A DNA stretch of 64,000 bases from Chrysomallon squamiferum (GCA_012295275.1 CM022665.1:10416001-10480000), one strand, 5' to 3'; shown: positions 25,631 through 40,010, counted from the stretch's first letter. A program made the numbers and translations. The notes: generated by a model not told the origin, from the letters alone.

Positions 25631-27072
25631 ATAATCCAACAAAACGTCATTTTCCGGTTTCTGAGTCACTGTCAACTTAATTTGGCTTCTTTCAAAGAGA
25701 CGTGCGTGTATGACACATCTTATCAGTTTTTTAATGCTAATCTGTCTTGTCACCGCAGTGTATTGCATAACACAAACATGAGTAATCAACAACATAATTT
25801 AACCTTAAGAGAGTGAAATCCACAATATACAGGTAGTTAAAGTCAACGACCTATACTCCGGCCTGTTGTCGTTAAATCTAATGTAGGACACAATCATCTC
25901 TTCAGTTTGCGCCATCTATAAACATATCCCGTGGAGTTTGTTTTTGTGCCGCGAGTGCTTTTCACCGCTATCGTTTATCACGTTATCGGATCAGGTCAGG
26001 ATTTCTCTCTCTTTCTTTCTCTTTCTTTTTAATTTTTTTTTAAATCTTTTTATTTTTTTTATTATTATTATTATTTCATTTTTTTTTTTTTTTTTTTTTT
26101 TTAAGACCTGACAGTCCCAGTAGCAATAAAAGATGACAAAGCTAATACGTGACCTACTTGGCTTTGGTTATTTTAAGAGCTGATGCAGTAACGATGAATC
26201 ATAGGAAAGACGTCATGGTAATAATACAGGTAGACCTCGTACACGACAACACAACAGATACGAAAGCATGATGCAAGATAAGAGGCAGAGTGCTGTAATA
26301 GTTGTTGTTGTTGTTGTTGTTGTTGTTGCTGTTTTACTCTTGTTGTTGTTGTTGTTAATCTTGTTATTTCTTTGCTCTATTTATTGTGCAGTTTTTAACA
26401 GGCACACATTCACAATAATAAACGAATAAATCCCTCTAGCCCTGTGCCAGATAAAGATTACGTTTCTTGTGCATTATTAAAACAGTAGCCTGAAATCTGT
26501 AATTTCTCAGTGATGTGTCACTATGTTACTTCAAACAGTCAACTAATTCACCAATAAAGAAGTCGCTTTTGATGTACAATCCTCACAAACCTTGCCTACA
26601 CTATTTTTATGGCACTACAACGCTTGCCCATTTTAAAAAGCAAATAAAATAGATCACTGCATATATTAAGACTAATTTTTATGGATAAAGCTTTTGTATA
26701 TTTTATTTTCAAAGATTCCTTTTCAGCGAAAATCTGCTATAACGAGTCCTCCTCTATCATAAGTTCAGATATATAATTTTAATTTGGCAGTCTTTTTTTT
26801 TTTTTTTTTTTTTTTTTTTCTGGTCTTTCCTTTATAAAATCCATTAGAGAGAAGAAGTATTTTATAACACAATCAAACTTTTTGGACCCATTTACCGCTT
26901 TAACAGAGTTCCACTGAACCATGCAAGGGATACATTTACAATGTATTTTATACTATAGCCTAAATTTAAGCACAATAAGGCCGCATCCAATAAATTAGTT
27001 CAAGCTCCATTTCAGATGTGATGACATTTTACATTAAGACTGTCATTCTAGATCAGTTCCAAACTAGTTCAC

Positions 27073-27228
27073 GCATCATCCCATCTATTGTAATTTTTCA
27101 CTAGCGTCCTCTAGGTTATTACAATTTTTCACTAGCATTATCCCATCTATTGTAATTTTTCACTAGCATCGTCTAGGTTATTACAATTTTTCACTAGCAT
27201 TCTCCCATCTATTGTATTTTTTTCACCA
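27073..27228. repeat. 31-bp minisatellite in alternating A/B (62-bp higher-order) arrangement
   Basis: A=GCATCATCCCATCTATTGTAATTTTTCACTA at 27073, 27135 and 27197. B=GCGTCCTCTAGGTTATTACAATTTTTCACTA at 27104 and 27166. Decayed units continue to about 27335. Confidence 0.95.
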
Positions 27229-28853
27229 GCGACAAATAAGCTATATATATTGTAATTTCTACATTTATCTTAATTACTCTATTTCTTACTAGCATAATAC
27301 CAGCTTTTTCAATTTCTCACAAACAATGTTCAAGCCAGTGGCGTGAAGAGGTTCGGTGAAGCCCTGGGCCAACACCTAGATTGCATGTCCCCAAGACTCC
27401 CCAAGTATAGCATCTAGTACCGAGAACCGTGAGAAAGGAAGACTTCATAAATACGTTTAAATAAAGATGAAATAACAATAGCCACATTAATTAAATTCGG
27501 TGCCAGCTTGTACAACAAAATTAAATGGATATTTTCAAATTGCAAAAAAAGTAACAACAACATAAGTTTGATTTCATTCAGCTTGCTTTCCCCGCTGCTG
27601 TAATTTCACTCTGTCATCATTCAGGTTAATATAATTTTTGTCAAAAAAGAAAGAAAAAAAAATGCTTCCATTCAGACTCTTAAAATGAAACAAAAGCCAG
27701 TCTTATTCACAAACAGACGCAAAATGTGAAAATTTCTATTAACTCAGTTATTTAATAAATAACAACTAACAGGTTTTTCATTTCTACAGTACAAAAAATG
27801 ATACAAATAATAATATTAGACATTCAGCTACTACTACAGCTGCTACATTTTATACCACCACTTATTCCATTACTACGACGACCACCGTTATCACTGCTGT
27901 TAATTATCATCAACATCACTCATGCTACCATGACCACATCTGTAATGTTACAACCATTACCATTAGACGTACTCTACCACTGCTCTGCAACCATTACCAT
28001 TACATGTAAAACGAAATCAGAAATAAATCAAAATGGCCGACAAAGGTTTGTAGAGAAATGACAGTCCTGTCACTGTTTACTTCTAAATACCACATGCTGT
28101 CACATTGTTTGTTGCATCAACAAAACAATTGACTGCAGAGGACTGCCACACAGTATTAGCAATGCCAGTAAACAAATCTAATTAACAAGACTCGATGGTA
28201 GTCACGTAGTAAACATTTAGTCGTAAAAGCACGTACGTCTTTCGGTGATGTTCGGATATTTTCGTAATGTGCTGACATGCAAATAAATCTTTTTTAAAGT
28301 GTACGTTTTGAAATATGTATAAATGTCTTGTGAATATTTTATGTCTTTCTGGCGGCCATTCTTTAGACGATAATAAATTATGGAAAAAAAAACGAAAAAA
28401 ACCAACATGTTTGTAAGGATGAATGGAAGCTGTCGTTTTTAAAGTACATGGAGACGTCATTTCATGCAAATGTTAAACAAGCATAGACCGAGTAGACTGA
28501 GGTTACGACAGTATTGTCTTAATTTACTCAGTCTGTCACGGCTTTTTGAGACTTCTTAATTTTCATTATCATCAAGAATTTTTTTTTAATTTAAAGCCAT
28601 ATTGCATTCTGAGCAAAGACTGACCCAAGAAACGAATGAAATCATGACCTAAATTTATAAACAATATATTTGGTTATTATTTTAATATTATTATTAATAA
28701 AAGAACACATAAAGCAGTATTTCTTTTTATAATGAATCTAACAAAACAGAAATTCAAAATTGGCATTCAAATAAATTTTGTTTTTCAAATACCTGGCAGT
28801 TATCTTATACCTTAATCGTGCAAGACCAACGGTATCCCGACGGGTGTAACGTG

Positions 28854-29293
28854 GATACGACCACCTGTTATTTTGTGGCGTATCAACTAATTTATTAAAC
28901 TACTAAAAATCTACAAAACCACATAAACTGACTAATATTTGGAATAGTTCACACGGCGGTAATTTCATCGGCTTAGCCTAATACGTTTTATTTAGTTGTA
29001 GTAGGTGTCATGTTCTTCCAGATACCACTGCGTTGTCTGTGTGGCTGTTTCTTTTTCATTGGGTGGCTCTCTGATTTTTTTTTCTCTAGCTTTTTTCCCC
29101 TTACTCTCTCTCTCTCTCTGTCTCTCTTTCTCTCTCTCTGACTTAGCTTCTTTCTTATCTGTTTTTCTCGTTCTGTCTCGCTCTACTTCCTCGCTGTTGG
29201 TTTTTCTGTCTATCGTGTTCTTTTGTGGGTTTGGAGATTTTTAATAATTTAATAAATTAGTTGATACGGCACAAAATAACAGGTTGTCTTATC
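28854..29293. mobile_element. Fold-back/MITE-like structure with ~72-bp inverted arms around a CT-rich spacer
   Basis: 28854-28925 (GATACGACCACCTGTTATTTTGTGGCGTATCAACTAATTTATTAAACTACTAAAAATCTACAAAACCACATA) is the reverse complement of 29222-29293. The outer 46 bp have 3 mismatches. Confidence 0.75.
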
Positions 29294-29946
29294 TATTTTT
29301 TTGATTGTCAATATTTGAATTTTTCAATAATCTGTTTTTCCCTCTCTCTCTCCCTTTTTTTTATATCTTTTTTTAAGTCTACTGCAAACTCTTGCCTGAG
29401 GCTTCTTTTTTTTTAATTCTTTTTTTTTTTTTTTTTTTTCCACAACTCAGTTTCCTGTGTCCCATTCAGCTATCTGTTCAGTGGACATAGTATCGTCAAC
29501 ATCATGGTCGAGTAACCATTCACGCGATTACTCAAGCGCGACCGTCATCTACACACCTACCATTTCCTTTTGTCATCTTCGCGGCTCCAATGTAACCCCA
29601 CAGCACATGATGTAGGTCCTAGATTTATTCACCGGCGTGGCCTGGGATTTAATCTGAGGATGTTTTTAACGAGGTGTATAGTGCATAGTCAGCAAGTGCC
29701 TTCAAAGTGTACAACAAACCGGCAATCACACAGCGACCTGAAAACGGCTCAAGGCGAAATACGATGACAGTCTACGACAGACGTACGTCAACGTAAAAAC
29801 CAACCAGAAAAAAATTATACATATATTACAAAACAAACGTAAATGAATTCAGTTAAGAATAATTAAAAGGCAAAAGACGTGTGCGAAAGTTGCAGAAACA
29901 TCATCACGAATTTGACTAAATTAGAGCCGTAATTAAGCATTTGACA

Positions 29947-29983
<37 letters not shown>

Positions 29984-31618
29984 TGTCATCTCTTTGATGC
30001 ATTTTTTATTATTTCTTTACGACATGCTGTTTGTCTGTGTGGTTTTTTTTTAATGATAAAAGCACTGTGTGTGGTCCTAAGGTTTTCAACAAGACACCTG
30101 CATCAAATACTCATCAACTTGTGACCTTGAAATGTATGGCCTTCAGAATTCACTTTAGCATAAACGTCATGAGTTATCATAACGTGTATTTCAACATAAT
30201 GTTTCCCATACAGAAAAGGTATATTCATAAAGATATGTATGAGCATAACTTACTATTTCAGTGTTAATTTTTCTATAAAGCAAAATGCATGTTTAAGGCC
30301 GAACATTCTTACAAAGTATTAACATTTTGTCATGTCAGTGTTAAATTACTAAACATATATGTAAAGTTCCAAACTCGCCATATTAATAAAAATTAAAATT
30401 AAAATAAAAAAAATTAAATAAAAAAAAACCCACTTAAATCCCTAATTTACTTAGTAAATAGAGCTATTTTGTGTGTGGGGGAGTTCATTCTTTTCTTTCT
30501 TCTTTCATTTTTTTTTAATTATTTTTTTTATAATATTAAGTATTATGTTATATGTATCGTACAAACTGTAGTTTTGAATTTTTATTCTTTTTGTTATCAT
30601 AATCCCATGTTATATGATCTGACTTTATATAAAGTTGTTTTGTAAAACAAAACGCTTGAATTGACAGACACGCGACATAATTATACTAATTTAGAATGAC
30701 TTTGTGCAATATATATATATATACGTACTTAAAGTACCTGTAGCAATGTGCATGTGTGTTTGTATATGTCTGTGTGTCCATAATAAATGCAGTTCATGCA
30801 TTCTTTTAAAACTGCATTTTACTTCATATACATGTTTTTAAAACGTACATCTATGGTAACCTTGTTTTCGGTGTCTTTTTAAAACTTAATCTTACGACAT
30901 GCATGTTCTTAAATGCATTTAATTAAGCACAACGCCATAAATTCAGTTTATATCATTTTAAAGCTGCAGTGATATTGTATTTGGCCTTTTTTTTTTTGAT
31001 AGAAATAAAATAAACAATTAATGACAGAATTATGGTTTCTGTTTTCGAAATTAATTACTAAATTATGAATTCATTTTAATTTTAATATTAATTTTAATGT
31101 AAATATTGCATTCTTTATTGTTGTTTGCTATGCAGTTACATAATTTAATTTAAAGACACCAGAAATATTACATAAAACGTACAAATCGAATACTTATGCT
31201 GATTATGAAATTGTTTTTACATGCGGTAGCAGTTTTACGTTACTCCTACACGATTTGTCTTGATAACGTCACAACACAATGCATGGTGTGTACTGAACTT
31301 CATTACCAAAACTTATTTCATATCATGAAAATTAAAGAATCATTGGAAAAGTGAAGTGAAGGTTCAGGCACGCCTTTCATAGGCACACAGTCTTTAAGTC
31401 AGAGATGTCTCCCAAGGACAATGTTAATATTAATTTTGTCTGTTAGAGTATTGTTATAAAATAGTATTAAATAATATCTGTCTGCTTTACAACCTTTCCA
31501 TTTAGCTCCCGACAGGTGATATACTGAGAGGCGATCCCAGAACCCTTCACTTTCAAAGCTAAAACTGAACCGCTGAGGCTGGGCGATATTTGCCGGGAGG
31601 GTTATTTTAATTTTAATT

Positions 31619-31657
<39 letters not shown>

Positions 31658-32177
31658 TTATTATCATTTTTTTTTTTTTTTTTTTTTAAATTTCTTTTTT
31701 ATTTAATTATTTATTCATTCATTACTGGGCTTTTTCTTGCATGTTGTTCCTGTTGTTTATTTCTTTTTAATGAAGCTGTTGTTTCGTGTGTGTTTTTTTT
31801 GTTAACTGTCGTGTTGGAGACCACCCTGCCCTCCACAACACAATCTAATGCTTACGTGCTGTCGTACATTAACAGGAAAAGTCAGAAGCGTTTCGTAACG
31901 AAACAGCACACAGCTGAGCTTTCCGACACCTATCACTGCTGATGAAATCTCTCTGTGATAAATCAAGCCGTGATAACGCCATTGTTGTGTAAGCAGGAAG
32001 ATACTTCCTTTTACAGGAAAAGGTGGGGGGGGGAAGAAGTAAAAAATACACACCATAAAAGAAGAAGACGAAAAAAATAATAATAATAAAATTACGTAGA
32101 AAATAAGAGCAAAATGCAAGAGGCGAATCTAGTGCCATAGGAATGCATTCATTTCTTAAATTTTTAATTTATTTATT

Positions 32178-32178
32178 T

Positions 32179-32212
<34 letters not shown>

Positions 32213-32523
32213 AGTGAGTAGTAGTAGTAGTAATAGTAGTAGTAGTAGTAGTAGTAGTAGTAGGAGTAGTAGTAATTGTTGTTTTTGTAACTGTAGCAGT
32301 AATAGTAGTAGTAGCTGTTGTTGTTGTAATAGTAATAATAGTTGTGGTAGTAGTTGTGGTAATAGTATTAGTAACAGTTGTTGTAGTAATAATAGTAGTA
32401 GTAGTAGTAGCTGTAGTTGTAGTAACAGCAGTATTGGAGGTAATATTATTGGAGATAACAGCAGTAGTAGCAGCAGGAATATTATTGCTGTTGTTATCAT
32501 TATCATCATCATCACCATCATCA
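32178..32523. repeat. Compound (ATT)n/(AGT)n/(ATC)n degenerate trinucleotide tract
   Basis: Seen directly. It is the source of the poly-S and poly-L ORFs. Confidence 0.95.
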
Positions 32524-33342
32524 CAGTTTTTATATACTGGACGTTAAATCCACCACAGTAAAGGAACCGTACCCAAACCCCTCTTTCTGAACCTGCGAAT
32601 TCGGCCCTGAAACACACGTGCTAGTTTCGATTTTAATTATATACAGCACATTTATTGTGCTGCGGATGTCATAAGTCAGGAAATAAAATTAACGACTTGC
32701 ATGTTCAGGATTTACACGTGAGGTGATGTTACACAGGAAAAGATTAATAAATCATAGAGTGGGCGGAGCTTTCAAAATTCATAGCGGATTTATGAATGTT
32801 AAATAGCGCTCACCGTTCGTTTCTATGGTTTTTGGTTTACAATAATGCAGTCTCTGGTTTCGAAGATGATTTCTACTTTCGAAGATTCTGAATATTGATT
32901 TGAGATTTGCTTATCTTGAATAATATTTATTTCAAAACATTATGTACAATCAGAAAAAACTAATTCCGTATTTACCACAAAGAATAAACTTGGGATTCTA
33001 TTCATGATAGGCATAAAATCTTTAATCTTATTTTAAATGCATATTTGTAAAAAAAAAACGTTTGGGTATTTCAGAATGCATATTATTAAGAAACACATTT
33101 TGTTAACAGGTCATACGTCTGTAAACATTTTTAATTGATCAGAGTATTTTTAATAGCATATTATAAAAATAATTCCTAATCGAAGACTTTTGACTTCATT
33201 GCGTTTAATGCTTTTTCAAGGCATAACATGCAAGATTTAAATTAAGATATATCCTTTTTTCTTGTTTGTCTCTTTTGTTTCTTTTTCTTTGTTTCTTTTT
33301 CTCTTTTATTTTTTCTTCTTCGTTTTGTGTTTGTGCTCTCTC

Positions 33343-33345
<3 letters not shown>

Positions 33346-33396
<51 letters not shown>
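33346..33396. repeat. (GT)n microsatellite
   Basis: Seen directly. Confidence 0.97.
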
Positions 33397-33397
<1 letters not shown>

Positions 33398-34740
33398 GGT
33401 AATTAAACCATGCAACAGATTCCTGCGATATTTGATGTGCGTTTACTTCAAGGTTTTTCTGAACACATCAGATTTAATTAAATTACTGCGATTTTACAAC
33501 AGAATCCTAATTAAAGACTTTTATTTTCATTCTTCTATCAAGGAAAGAGAGTTCTGTTGGCCGATTCTTAATCACAATATGTTTTTTTTTAGGAATATTT
33601 TGTTCGGGTCTCTACTTCAAGGTATTCTTCAAGTAATCGAGTTCTGCTCGGGCCACGCTGAACTATTTACAGCTCTTTGTCTGCCGCTTGCCAAATACTT
33701 TCCAGTGACCGCCTGAGGCCAAGAAACCGTAAAAAATATCTGCAATATGTTTTTGCTAACCGTATCTGCAGCATTCCTCTGGCAAAGCAACAGATGGTGA
33801 AGACGGTTCTGAACGATGGTCAGAATGCCGGGGACTTCCAACAAAATTGACCAGCCCCAGGTTTGTGGGTCAACAACCGAAACCACAAGACGAGCTGAGT
33901 TTACACAAAATAAACACAGTGAGTGACAGTTGCACGCACAAATGCCATAGTTCTTCACTCAATATGGCAAACTGTTACTGGACTGTCAATAGCGACCAAA
34001 AGAAAAAGTTTTTAAAAAAAACAAAAAACTAACCGAACTAATGACATACGGTCGTGGCGAAGATTGCTTTTTTGGGTTTAATTTTCGTGTGAGAATGGTT
34101 TCAAAACTCGTTCTTTTGTCCTCAGAAGTAATTCGTCTTAAACTTTACAATGGCTCGGTTTGAACTTGGTAATAAACGGACAAGGCCGCGTATCGTGTTA
34201 TATAGGAAGCTTAGTAAGTTTCAGCAGTCACTCAGCAAACATCTCCTCTTTGATGACAACGACGAATGATAATATTAACTTGAAAGCAATTTTTCCATAA
34301 GTTAAATTGGTTTTGATAATCTGTTCATTTTCAAAAGGTTATTTTGAGACCTTCGTTGAACAAAATCATCTTAAACATTTTACTGAACATGTTCGAAATG
34401 TTTCCCGTGATGAGTAAAAAGATAATCAAAAGTATGCAGTTACGACAAACTTTGTGAAATACGTTTAACGTGTTTGTAAATTCTGCTCAGCTTTGTTAAG
34501 CGTATGAAGCAGGTTTCAAATAGCTCTTAGTTTCTTGAGCGTGTGCACGCTGGAAACCTCAGTGTGTTACTCCATGGGGGATACGGATAAACATTTGGGG
34601 CATGTGTTCCCAAGTACAGGATTTGTTTTTAAAATAATACACACTCAATCAGATGGTTTCCTTGTTGATGGTCAGATCGTGTCTAGAACAACCCCGTGTC
34701 ATTCATCAGCAATATTTAAATAAAAAAACATGCGTGTTGA

Positions 34741-35003
34741 TAATAGTATTAGAGACAGTACAACAGAAACAGTTGTAGTAGTAATAGTAATATTGTAGTA
34801 GCAGTAGCCGCGACATCAATAGCTCTTACAATAGTTGTTACTGCGTTGTTGTTGTAGTAGCAATAGCAGAGTATCAGTAATAGTAGTGGTATCAGTAGTA
34901 GTATAGTTGTAGTATTTTTGTAGTATCAGCAGAAGTACAGCAGTAGTACGAATAATAAGTAGTAGTTGCATTAGTAGTAACAATTGCAACAGCAGAAGTA
35001 GTG
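34741..35003. repeat. Degenerate (AGT/AGC)n tract
   Basis: Seen directly. Confidence 0.85.
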
Positions 35004-35159
35004 ATTGTATTTGCGGCAGACATTTCCTGTATCGTTCGTGCATTTTGATTTGTTTTTAGCGTGACTGTCGTAAATAAATAAGCGCATGATTATCTCATGC
35101 TAAAAAAAATTATATATATAAAAGTTCTGCAGTATTCGTTTTCTTTTTTAGTTGTTATC

Positions 35160-36480
35160 ACTGAAATGTTTCGTGACCCGCCGCTTAGAAGACGAGTCAG
35201 ACGGAATAACCAGTGAAGCACGATGCTGGAGAATCCACAGTTCTCCCGTGAACAAGTGGACCCTAACGGTGATATGCAAATGTACATAGATGGAGTGTAC
35301 ATCCACCTAACGGTTCTTCTGTGCACGCTTTTGGAGTGACGCGTCTTAACAACCTCCACTGTGCAACGACCTGCATCCAATTTTATCTTCTCTCTATACA
35401 AACGTTGATGGGGCCGATCTGTATTTTAGGGGCTTATTATTTTTTATTTTTAGCGTGACACCCTTTCAACAATCAATCTGCTGATCCGACGCAGTTTTAT
35501 TTTGCCGTTAGCCATTGTAGTCACTCCGTTTGGGGGTCGAAGGTTATTGCCAAACAATTGAACATGCGTGCCCGGCACAATCCGTCTTCCCGCGCCAAAG
35601 ATGTGTCCACGCTTGAAGTATTCTGGCAGCCTCCTCCCACGACACTTGACCTTATGTGATCCGCAGAACGACAGGTGTTTCTTTTAAATGTACCCACAGG
35701 TTGGTGGATGTCTTGCCGCTATGGAGCGAAGTTGTATTGTCCGGGGGACAGAGATCCCCTGGTCGCACGAATCACGCGAAGACAATCACTTAACTTGCTT
35801 CAAATTGGCCAGGATCGAATTTCCTCGAGTATCTCCGTTAATAAAGGCGGGAAAGAGCGCGTGGTACCTGACTCCACTCCCGTGACAAGTTATTCTCACC
35901 CTCGAAACAAACCGAATTCATCAGTGTCACGCGTCCGAATGTCTTCTCGGCGTTTCAAGGTATTGACGCATTTTCGAGTTTTATTGCAGAAAAATCACGT
36001 GATCTGTTGTAAATCACGGTCATTAATTCATTATCAGCACCTTGTAAATCACTCGTTTATCAATGGCGCCTCCGAAGACGTCCTGAAACATGCGAGGTGT
36101 GAGCTTCAGACGATTAATTGTAGGTACGACAACTAGTGTCACCTGATTAGTCATTTATTTATTTTTATTTCAACAAGAAGACGATTTTGCAAGAGGAGTG
36201 CGTGTAATAGTCAAACAGACGTCTAGCTAAAATAAATAAAAAATAATAAATAATAATAAATAAATAAAAAAAATATATATATATATATATAAAATCAGAA
36301 TACTAAAAACGTTTACACCGTTTTCGTGAGATTTTTCCGTTTTCACAAATCTTGACGTTACGTCGTTTGTCAAGGTCGTTTTCCTGTGAGCGACGGGTGT
36401 CAGGAAAGATGGGCGTGTTGAGAGCTCGCCACTTAAGACGGTAAATATTATAATCAAAACTACAAAACCGTCAACGCTTT
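35160..36480. promoter_or_regulatory. Longest CpG-rich, high-complexity island; candidate promoter, UTR exon or enhancer
   Basis: GC and CpG density are visibly far above the flanks. It carries E2F-like TTCCCGCGCCAAA (35587) and GGCGGGAAA (35846), T-box half-site AGGTGTGA (36095) and a TAAT/ATTA cluster at 36020-36150. Confidence 0.45.
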
Positions 36481-37051
36481 CACGTTTTGTGTTTCTATAA
36501 ATGCAACGAATGATAGAACTAAGTGACAGTTTTTCTGGTTCTCACAATTACCAACCATTGCTAGATTTAGCAAAATACAAAACTGTAGAAAACCAGAAAA
36601 AAAAAAAATATATATATATATGTTGGTATTAAATAGCTGCGTGTTATTAATTTGGTGTGTCTTTGAATTCATAGCAGTAAATAAACATAGATATACTTGG
36701 ATGCACTTTTGTAAATAAATGTCTTGTGTTTGTATATATATATATATGGATGTATTTTATGTTTGTAAATGTATTTGTTTGTGTTAGCACATTCACTGCT
36801 TGGAGTAACAAAATTCTAAATGCCTGTAAAGCAAAGAAGAAAGACAAATAAACAAAACAAACGGGAACGTTATAAAAAATGAAGGTCGTTTGGTATGTAT
36901 AACCTAATGTTTGTTTTTATGTCTATGTTTATGTGAACATATATTTAATTACGTATGTGTTTGTGTATCTATGCACGTATGAACGTACGTGTGTACGTAT
37001 GTATGCACCTAAAGTTTGTTTTTGTCTGTGTTTATGTAAACACTCATTTAA

Positions 37052-37167
37052 TTACGTATGTGTTTGTATATGTATGTGTATGTATGTATGTATGCATGAT
37101 GTAAGTATGTATGTATGTATGTGAGTGTATATATGTATGTATGTATGTATATATGCATGTAGTATGT

Positions 37168-37240
<73 letters not shown>
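37052..37240. repeat. (ATGT)n followed by a ~70-bp (GT)n
   Basis: Seen directly. Confidence 0.96.
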
Positions 37241-37242
<2 letters not shown>

Positions 37243-38941
37243 AAATACCTACTATAAACCGAATGCACTTCATACAGGCAAACAAACACACATCCATGTC
37301 TGAATTGTTGTGGCAACGTAACCTGGTAATCACTTTTCACTCAGTAAATTATCACTGGTGACAAAATGAGGATTTAGGTGACACATACTTGCTGAGTCAT
37401 GATGTTGTCAGACGATAATTTACAAACGTTTCTGATAATATTACATAACACACCTCAACACCAAATACTAAATATATCACCGCTGAATTACACACTAAAA
37501 CAGGAGGGGAAAATATTACCTTTGTGCATGTATGATGCCGTTCTTTTTGTTTATATACCAAAACGAACAGAAGAAAAAAGACTTTGATTATAAACTCGGT
37601 CATTTTGCCTGAGTTACGTCATTACAGGAACGTATTCTGCTTTGTCATCATGATTTATGTAAATCCATAAAAGCCTGTTTCTTTATTACGAGATAAACGT
37701 ATTTATTTCACAGCGCGTAAATATATATAACACACAAGACTTTTTCTTCTTCTTCTTTTCTCTCTTTTAATTTTTTTTTTTTTTGCTGATACGTAAAACA
37801 CTCGTATAAAAACTGATAAAAAGGTCTCAGAGATTTGCCACTAAGCTCTGGACTCGTATCAGTTTGAAACAAAAATATAAATACATCAGCGTAGCCTTGA
37901 CTTTTTTTTTTTTTTTTTTTTTTTTCTTCTTCGTCAAATCTCAAGAGCATCTTTCTCCAACACGTGGCGAAGATCGGCAACAGTTAACGTAAAGTATCCA
38001 CAGATATTGAAAACAGATGTGCCAAATTGCTTCAGATATTCGTGTTTTTGTTATTAACGGCGACTACGGTTTGGAAAATAGTATTTCATAATATGGTGCA
38101 AAATTATTATTATAATTATTATTTTAAATGGTGACTAGGTAGGTGCTTTTATCATTAAGATATGCGGAAATAGTATTTTATAATAATTGTGGTCCAAAAT
38201 TATCATTATTATTATTGTTGTTGTTGTTGTTGTTTTTATTGTGAATAAAATAAATAGTGAAAAGGTAGTTGTGTTTGTTATAAACTTAGAATAGTATTTG
38301 AAAATTAGTATAGTTAAAATATAGTTATATAGTTTTTAAAATGTGTAAGATATTGGAAATGATGCTTATTAATAACTACAATCGATATAGGTTTGTTTGA
38401 TTTGGTTATGCTTTTGTTGTTGTTGTTGGTTTTTTGTTGGGTTTTTTCTGTGGAGGGGGCTGAAAATAGACAGTTTTGGAAAAACATAACGTAATGGAAA
38501 TGTTTTCTTGGAGGAATATTTAGGCGGAATTTTTTTTTTTTTTTTTTTTAACATCGAATATCTGGGTTGTGGAAATTAATATTTAATATAATTATATATA
38601 ATCATTACAGATTTATATTAGTTTATTATCAAAATTTAAAATATCTTGTATACATATTTAATTAGTCCTAAATAAAAGAAATACGAAACTATTATTTAAA
38701 TTTGCAAAAGAAATAAACAGTTCAAGCAAATTCTAGTGTTTGTCTTTTGCTTAAAATGTGACAATCGTATCTCATGTCATGCGAAGTTCTAAGTATGTTC
38801 TGCAATCATTTAATAAAATAAAAGACTAGTTTATTACTTCTGTTTCGAAAACTACCTATTTCATAAATACATCAACCGCTGCTTTAATGTTTTGTTCAAA
38901 ATGTGCACGATTCAAAATATGTTCTACAAGAATGGAATTAC

Positions 38942-38943
<2 letters not shown>

Positions 38944-39007
<64 letters not shown>
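38944..39007. repeat. (AG)n microsatellite
   Basis: Seen directly. Confidence 0.97.
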
Positions 39008-39010
<3 letters not shown>

Positions 39011-40010
39011 TTAATTAATGAGATTTTACAGTTTTCTACGTCTGAAATAAATTCATTTTTGTTTTGTTTTGCTTTTTCTTTCCAATCTGCAAATCGCATC
39101 CCAAGTCATACAAAGTTCAAAATACTCTATAGGTGTATTTAATTACTCCAATCATTACGGACAGTTTCAAGTTACAAAAGATTAATTTTACTGAAAATTA
39201 GCTTCCCCGCCCCGCTTGCTATGAAACCCGATATTACAGCCTTCGTTTGTTACTTTTATTAAACTTCTGAGAAAGTAAGAATATTTCATTAAAGCGCCTG
39301 TCTAAAACGTGTTACCTAGATGACACGATTTGGGTATTTGGCATTTTAACAAAAGGATGTGTTCTCTTTTTCTTTCTCTCTCCACTATTTTTTTTTTTTC
39401 TTTTTTGCTACAACGCGCGTCTGTTTTTCCGAGATCAAACTAATAAATGACCTTGGCGGTTTTATCTTTGCCGCCATGCCGGTAAATTGTAAAATGCGCA
39501 TATGACAACTGAAGTAAATTGACCCCCCTCTGAGGCAATTACTGTCTAGACAGACCAAGACCAAAAATATCTTTTAGTTGTTTATGATCATGGTACTCGA
39601 AGAACAAGCAAAGTAATTGTGTGATAGACGATTTTTTTTTTCTATCGCATTATGCGAATTAAGGAATGAATGTATCTGTAGATTTTGTCTGCTATTTTTA
39701 CAGCCGATCTTCGAGTGGCGTGGCCATTTTTATTTGTGTTTGTTTTTCTTTACGTGTTTTATTGGATTTACTAACAAAAAAAAAAAAAAAAAAAATTAAA
39801 TAAATAATAATAATAATAATAAAACTTAATAGTACATAGTGTTTGAAGAGAAATTAATATGATTTTAAAGAGCTTATTTTTGTTTCGGTTTTCGGTTTTC
39901 TTTTTTCTTTTTCTTTTTTCTTTTTATTTATTCTTAATTGTAAAAGTTTATCATTGTTCAGTAGGAACGAAAAAAGATCGTTTTATGTTTTAGTTTGTTC
40001 ATTAGTTCTG

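Noticed and set aside
25909-25920. CTCF-like GCGCCATCTA
   Set aside because: Only half of the motif is present and the GTGG side is missing.
33327-34032. Overlapping ORFs of 129, 109 and 61 aa in a GC-richer island
   Set aside because: No recognisable protein similarity or consistent splice frame. Treated as a non-coding island.
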